The position numbers and the translations under genes were made by a program. Under the pieces are notes generated by a model, which had not been told where the DNA came from, searched no databases, and worked only from the letters and a program-made list of their open reading frames with translations. Of a stretch of 64,000 nt of DNA, positions 60,621 through 64,000 are shown piece by piece (position 1 is the stretch's first letter; every line of letters starts with the position of its first letter). Location of the stretch: assembly GCA_038245295.1 (NCBI GenBank), contig JBBRSP010000006.1:96001-160000 (forward strand). Reading direction: 5' to 3'. This DNA comes from Candidatus Binatia bacterium (GTDB lineage: Bacteria > Desulfobacterota > Binatia > HRBIN30).

Positions 60621-61775
60621 ATGCGCATAGGCATCCTCACCGGTGGCGGCGACGTCCCCGGCCTGAACCCGTGCATCAAAGCGGTCGTCAACCGCGCCGC
60701 CGAGAGCGGCTGGGAGGTCGTCGGCATACGCAAGGGTTGGGCCGGCCTTTTGCACTACAACCCGGACCATCCCGGCTCCGCCGACGAGTGGCTGATGCCG
60801 CTCGACCCGGCCGTAGTGCGGACCATCGACCGCTCGGGCGGGACACACCTGCACACATCGCGCACGAACCCGCAGAAGGTGAGCGAGGCCGATCTGCCGG
60901 TCTTCTTGAAGGATCGCTATTCGTTCCGGGACAAGAGCCGTGTCGACTGCACCGATCACACCCTGCGCGTCATCGAGAGCCTCGGGATCGACGCGCTCGT
61001 ACCCATCGGCGGCGACGATACGCTGTCGTTTGCCGTGCGCCTGCATCAGGAAGGCGTCCGCGTCGTCGGCGTACCCAAGACCATGGACAACGATGTCTTC
61101 GGCACCGACTACTGCATCGGTTTCAGCACCGCGGTCACCCGCAGTGTCGATTTCCTGCACGCGCTACGCACGCCGTCGGGAAGCCATGAACGCATCGCCG
61201 TGGTCGAGCTGTTCGGCCGCAACAGCGGCGAGACGGCGCTCATCTCGGCCTATCTCGCCGACGTGGACCGTGCCCTCATCAGCGAGGTGGCCTTCGACAT
61301 CGAGAAGCTGGCCAAGCTGGTCCTCGAGGATCGCGCCCGCAACCCAAGCAACTACGCCATTGTCGTGGTATCCGAGGGCGCCACGATGATCGGCGGCCAG
61401 ACCATCGAGTACGGCCAAGAGGATGCCTACGGTCACAAAAAGCTCGGCGGCATCGGGCAGGTCGTGGGCGCCGCACTGAAGCAGATCACGAACGTCGACA
61501 TCGTCAACCAGCAGCTGGCGTACCTCATGCGAGCCGGGGCCCCGGATTCGCTCGACCGGATGGTGGCCACGTCCTATGGCAACCTCGCTGTCCAACAGCT
61601 GGAGCGTGGGCATGCCGGGGTAATGGTGGCCCTGCAGAACGGCGTGTATACGACCGTGCCGGTCGACACATGCATCTCGGGCACCAAGCGGGTCGATGTC
61701 GCCGAACTCTATAATGCCGAAGAGTACAAGCCGCGCGTGTCGCATCTGCTCGGCAAGCCTATGTTCCTTTACTAG
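60621..61775 (+). CDS. pfkA: 6-phosphofructokinase, probably PPi-dependent
   Basis: [53 protein letters not shown]. Confidence 0.9.
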   Translation: MRIGILTGGGDVPGLNPCIKAVVNRAAESGWEVVGIRKGWAGLLHYNPDHPGSADEWLMPLDPAVVRTIDRSGGTHLHTSRTNPQKVSEADLPVFLKDRYSFRDKSRVDCTDHTLRVIESLGIDALVPIGGDDTLSFAVRLHQEGVRVVGVPKTMDNDVFGTDYCIGFSTAVTRSVDFLHALRTPSGSHERIAVVELFGRNSGETALISAYLADVDRALISEVAFDIEKLAKLVLEDRARNPSNYAIVVVSEGATMIGGQTIEYGQEDAYGHKKLGGIGQVVGAALKQITNVDIVNQQLAYLMRAGAPDSLDRMVATSYGNLAVQQLERGHAGVMVALQNGVYTTVPVDTCISGTKRVDVAELYNAEEYKPRVSHLLGKPMFLY

Positions 61776-61795
61776 GACGGGTGTGGGTGCACGCG

Positions 61796-63205
61796 TCAAC
61801 CCGCGCGTCGTTGCCGTTCGGCCGCGGCGTCGAGCAGGAGGCGCAACTCATCGTGCATCCCCTCGGTGATCGCATGCGGATCGGAGACCTGCTCGTGACA
61901 CGCGAGGAGGGCGCAGTACATGCGATCGCCGTAGCTCCAGACCGTGAGGTTGAGCCCGATTCCCTCCGACAGCGGTCCCACCGAGTAGAGCTCCACCAGC
62001 TTCGCACCGCTCCAGTAAAGCGGCACGCGCGGCCCGGGCACGTTCGACACCACGAGGTTGGACGGCGACGGATAGAAGTCGGCGAGGCGAAAGTAGGAGT
62101 GAAGCCGCTTCACCCATGTGTAAGGAAGCGGCGGCAGGTACTCCATCCACTCGCCCGCCGTCTGCCGTCCGATGACCTCGAGCTCGCGCTTCGCCTCCAT
62201 GGTGACGGCGCGGGTGGCCAGAAGGCGCTCGACGGGATCGGCGAGGTCGATGCGCAGCGCCGTCTGGAAGTACGCGACACGATTGCCGAACAAACGGGGC
62301 GCACCGCCACCCTGGTCGGCGCCCACCGGGATACTCGCAACCAGCGGCCGGCCCGTGAGCAGGCCGCGCCCGTCAAGCCAGCGCCGAAGCGAGCCGCCGC
62401 AGAGCGCCAGGACAATGTCGTTGAGCGTTACTCCAAACGCTTCCTTTACGCGCTTGCAGTCGTCGAGCGCCAGCGATGTCGTGGCGAAGACCCGGCGTGC
62501 CCGCAACGCGTTGTTGAAGGGCGTATGCGGTGTGTCGTAGCCGATCGGCACGGCGATCTCGGCGGCGCGCCGTGCGGCGATCAGTTGCCGCAGACCGCGG
62601 CTCGTGCGCGCCACCATGCGCGGCAGGCGAAACAGCAGGCGGATGTGGTCGACGGCCGCATCGCGCAGCAGACGCCCGGCCGACGGGACGGCATCGGGCT
62701 GCCATGGTTGGTCGGGAGACGACGGGTGCTCGGCGGCACTGAATACCGCCGTGTTCTGGATCAGCGCCGCGGCAGCCGTACCGTCGGCCATCGCATGGTG
62801 CATCTTGAGCACGGCCGCCTGGCGGCCTCCCTCGAGTCCCTCGAGCAACCACAGCTCCCACAGCGGATGCGAACGATCGAGCGAATGACTGGCGATCTCG
62901 GAGATCATCTGGTCGAGCTGGCGCGGGCCGCCCGGGAAAGGCACACCGGCGCGCCGGATGTGGTGGTCGAGATCGAAGTCGGGATCCTCGATCCACACCG
63001 GGTGGTGCAGTCGCAGCGGCACCCACACGAGGCGCCGCCGCAGCAGTGGCATCAGGTGCAGGTGCCGCGCCATGCCTTCCTTGATTTCGGCATAGCTCTG
63101 CGCCGGCACCGGCGGCTCGTAGATGGCTACCTTGAGAGTGTGCTGCTGTGTCGTGGGCGTCTCACGATAGAGGAAAAACGCGTCCTGCCCCGACAACCGT
63201 TGCAT
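61796..63205 (-). CDS. Wax ester synthase/diacylglycerol acyltransferase (WS/DGAT)
   Basis: RLSGQDAFFL, LDRSHPLWE, HHAMADG catalytic motif, TLND, FGN, SNVPGP. Confidence 0.94.
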   Translation of the reverse strand: MQRLSGQDAFFLYRETPTTQQHTLKVAIYEPPVPAQSYAEIKEGMARHLHLMPLLRRRLVWVPLRLHHPVWIEDPDFDLDHHIRRAGVPFPGGPRQLDQMISEIASHSLDRSHPLWELWLLEGLEGGRQAAVLKMHHAMADGTAAAALIQNTAVFSAAEHPSSPDQPWQPDAVPSAGRLLRDAAVDHIRLLFRLPRMVARTSRGLRQLIAARRAAEIAVPIGYDTPHTPFNNALRARRVFATTSLALDDCKRVKEAFGVTLNDIVLALCGGSLRRWLDGRGLLTGRPLVASIPVGADQGGGAPRLFGNRVAYFQTALRIDLADPVERLLATRAVTMEAKRELEVIGRQTAGEWMEYLPPLPYTWVKRLHSYFRLADFYPSPSNLVVSNVPGPRVPLYWSGAKLVELYSVGPLSEGIGLNLTVWSYGDRMYCALLACHEQVSDPHAITEGMHDELRLLLDAAAERQRRAG

Positions 63206-63444
63206 CACGCCCCCGCCGCCCCGAGCCCGAGGCCAAGCTTCCCCTCTCCCAGCTCGAATGGGTCCTGATCACCTGGGAGAGGGTTAGGGTGAGGGCCCGC
63301 CTGTGGAACCGTCAGCAAACCTCCGCGCACCCTCACCCCGGCCCTCTCCCGCCGTCGCCGCTTCCGTCCGATGCGAGCGAGGGGGTGCTGGCTCTTCATC
63401 ACGTATAAGCGACCGCTGTTCATCACGCCCCCGCCGCCCCGAGC
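63203..63444. mobile_element. Palindromic-repeat (REP/MITE-like) insertion bounded by 24-bp direct repeats
   Basis: CATCACGCCCCCGCCGCCCCGAGC at 63203-26 and 63421-44; internal CCCTCTCCCAG/CTGGGAGAGGG and GGGAGAGGGTTAGGGTGAGGG/CCCTCACCCCGGCCCTCTCCC inverted repeats. Confidence 0.75.
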
Positions 63445-64000
63445 GCCTGCTGCGCGACATCGCGCGCCCAGCGGTAATCCGCCTTGCCGGCCGGTGAGCG
63501 CGACATCTGGTCGACACAGATGATATGACGCGGCACCTTGTAGGCGGCGAGCCGCGCGCCGCAGTGGCGTCGCACGTTGTCCAGATCGAGCACGCCGCCG
63601 GCGCGTGACTGGACAACCGCCACAACCTGCTCGCCCCAGCGTCGATCCGCCACTCCAACGACTACGGCATCCACAACGTCGGGGTGAGCCTTCAGCGCCG
63701 CTTCGACTTCCTCGGGAAACACTTTCTCTCCGCCGGTATTGATGCACAACGAGCCGCGCCCCAGCAGACGGATTGTCCCATCGGGCTCGACCGTGGCGAG
63801 ATCTCCCGGCAGGGCCCAGCGTTGCCCATCCAACTCGACGAACGTGGCCGCCGACTTCGCCGCGTCCTTGTAGTAACCAAGCGGCACATGGCCGCGGCGC
63901 GCCAGGTGACCCACCTGCCCCGAGCCCGCTGTCACCGGTTGCAGCGCGTCGTCGAGAACCGCCGTCTCATCACTGATGCGAAACAGCGGCCCCCCTCCGT
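63423..64000 (-). CDS. Acyl-CoA synthetase (FadD19-like), C-terminal part
   Basis: GHVPLGYYKD, PGDLA, LLGRGSLCINTGGEKVFPEEVE, YKVPR, RSPAGKADY; runs in from the window end. Confidence 0.9.
   Translation of the reverse strand, partial: GGGPLFRISDETAVLDDALQPVTAGSGQVGHLARRGHVPLGYYKDAAKSAATFVELDGQRWALPGDLATVEPDGTIRLLGRGSLCINTGGEKVFPEEVEAALKAHPDVVDAVVVGVADRRWGEQVVAVVQSRAGGVLDLDNVRRHCGARLAAYKVPRHIICVDQMSRSPAGKADYRWARDVAQQALGAAGA

Overview
A gene-dense, GC-rich bacterial chromosomal window. The N-terminal CxGDC...VTVxEL...GC module, the DUF1329/MMPL/YCF48 locus, the cyclase-STAND protein and the F420/lipid genes suggest Candidatus Binatia (Binatota) or a related deltaproteobacterial lineage; this is an inference. 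In order it carries: xfp-ackA-pgi; a secreted alpha/beta-hydrolase; an orphan PAS/GAF histidine kinase; a degenerate Ser/Thr kinase; a YCF48-MMPL-DUF1329-enoyl-CoA hydratase operon; a quinone oxidoreductase; an adenylate/guanylate cyclase-STAND protein; a structured leader with three small ORFs ahead of a 2942-aa cyclic beta-1,2-glucan synthase; a midcut-by-XrtH-like protein; a TPP enzyme; an HTTM gene, its frameshifted partner and DUF2804; a sigma54-type tetraheme cytochrome/4Fe-4S/NrfD module; a Cys-repeat secreted protein; a phospholipase C; a fused Nfn-like oxidoreductase; a TetR-linked acyl-CoA catabolic operon ending in cofD; an IPTL-CTERM-like protein; an LPMO-like protein; two flavoproteins; a PPi-type PFK; WS/DGAT; and a partial acyl-CoA synthetase. 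No rRNA, tRNA, CRISPR array or transposase was seen. The best leads are the RBS-sequestering leader with its small-ORF cluster, a palindromic-repeat insertion with a 24-bp duplication that keeps translational coupling, the SdpAB-like HTTM pair with a 5-bp frameshift, and the cofD plus nitroreductase lipid operon. All family calls come from motif recognition by eye, not from database searches.
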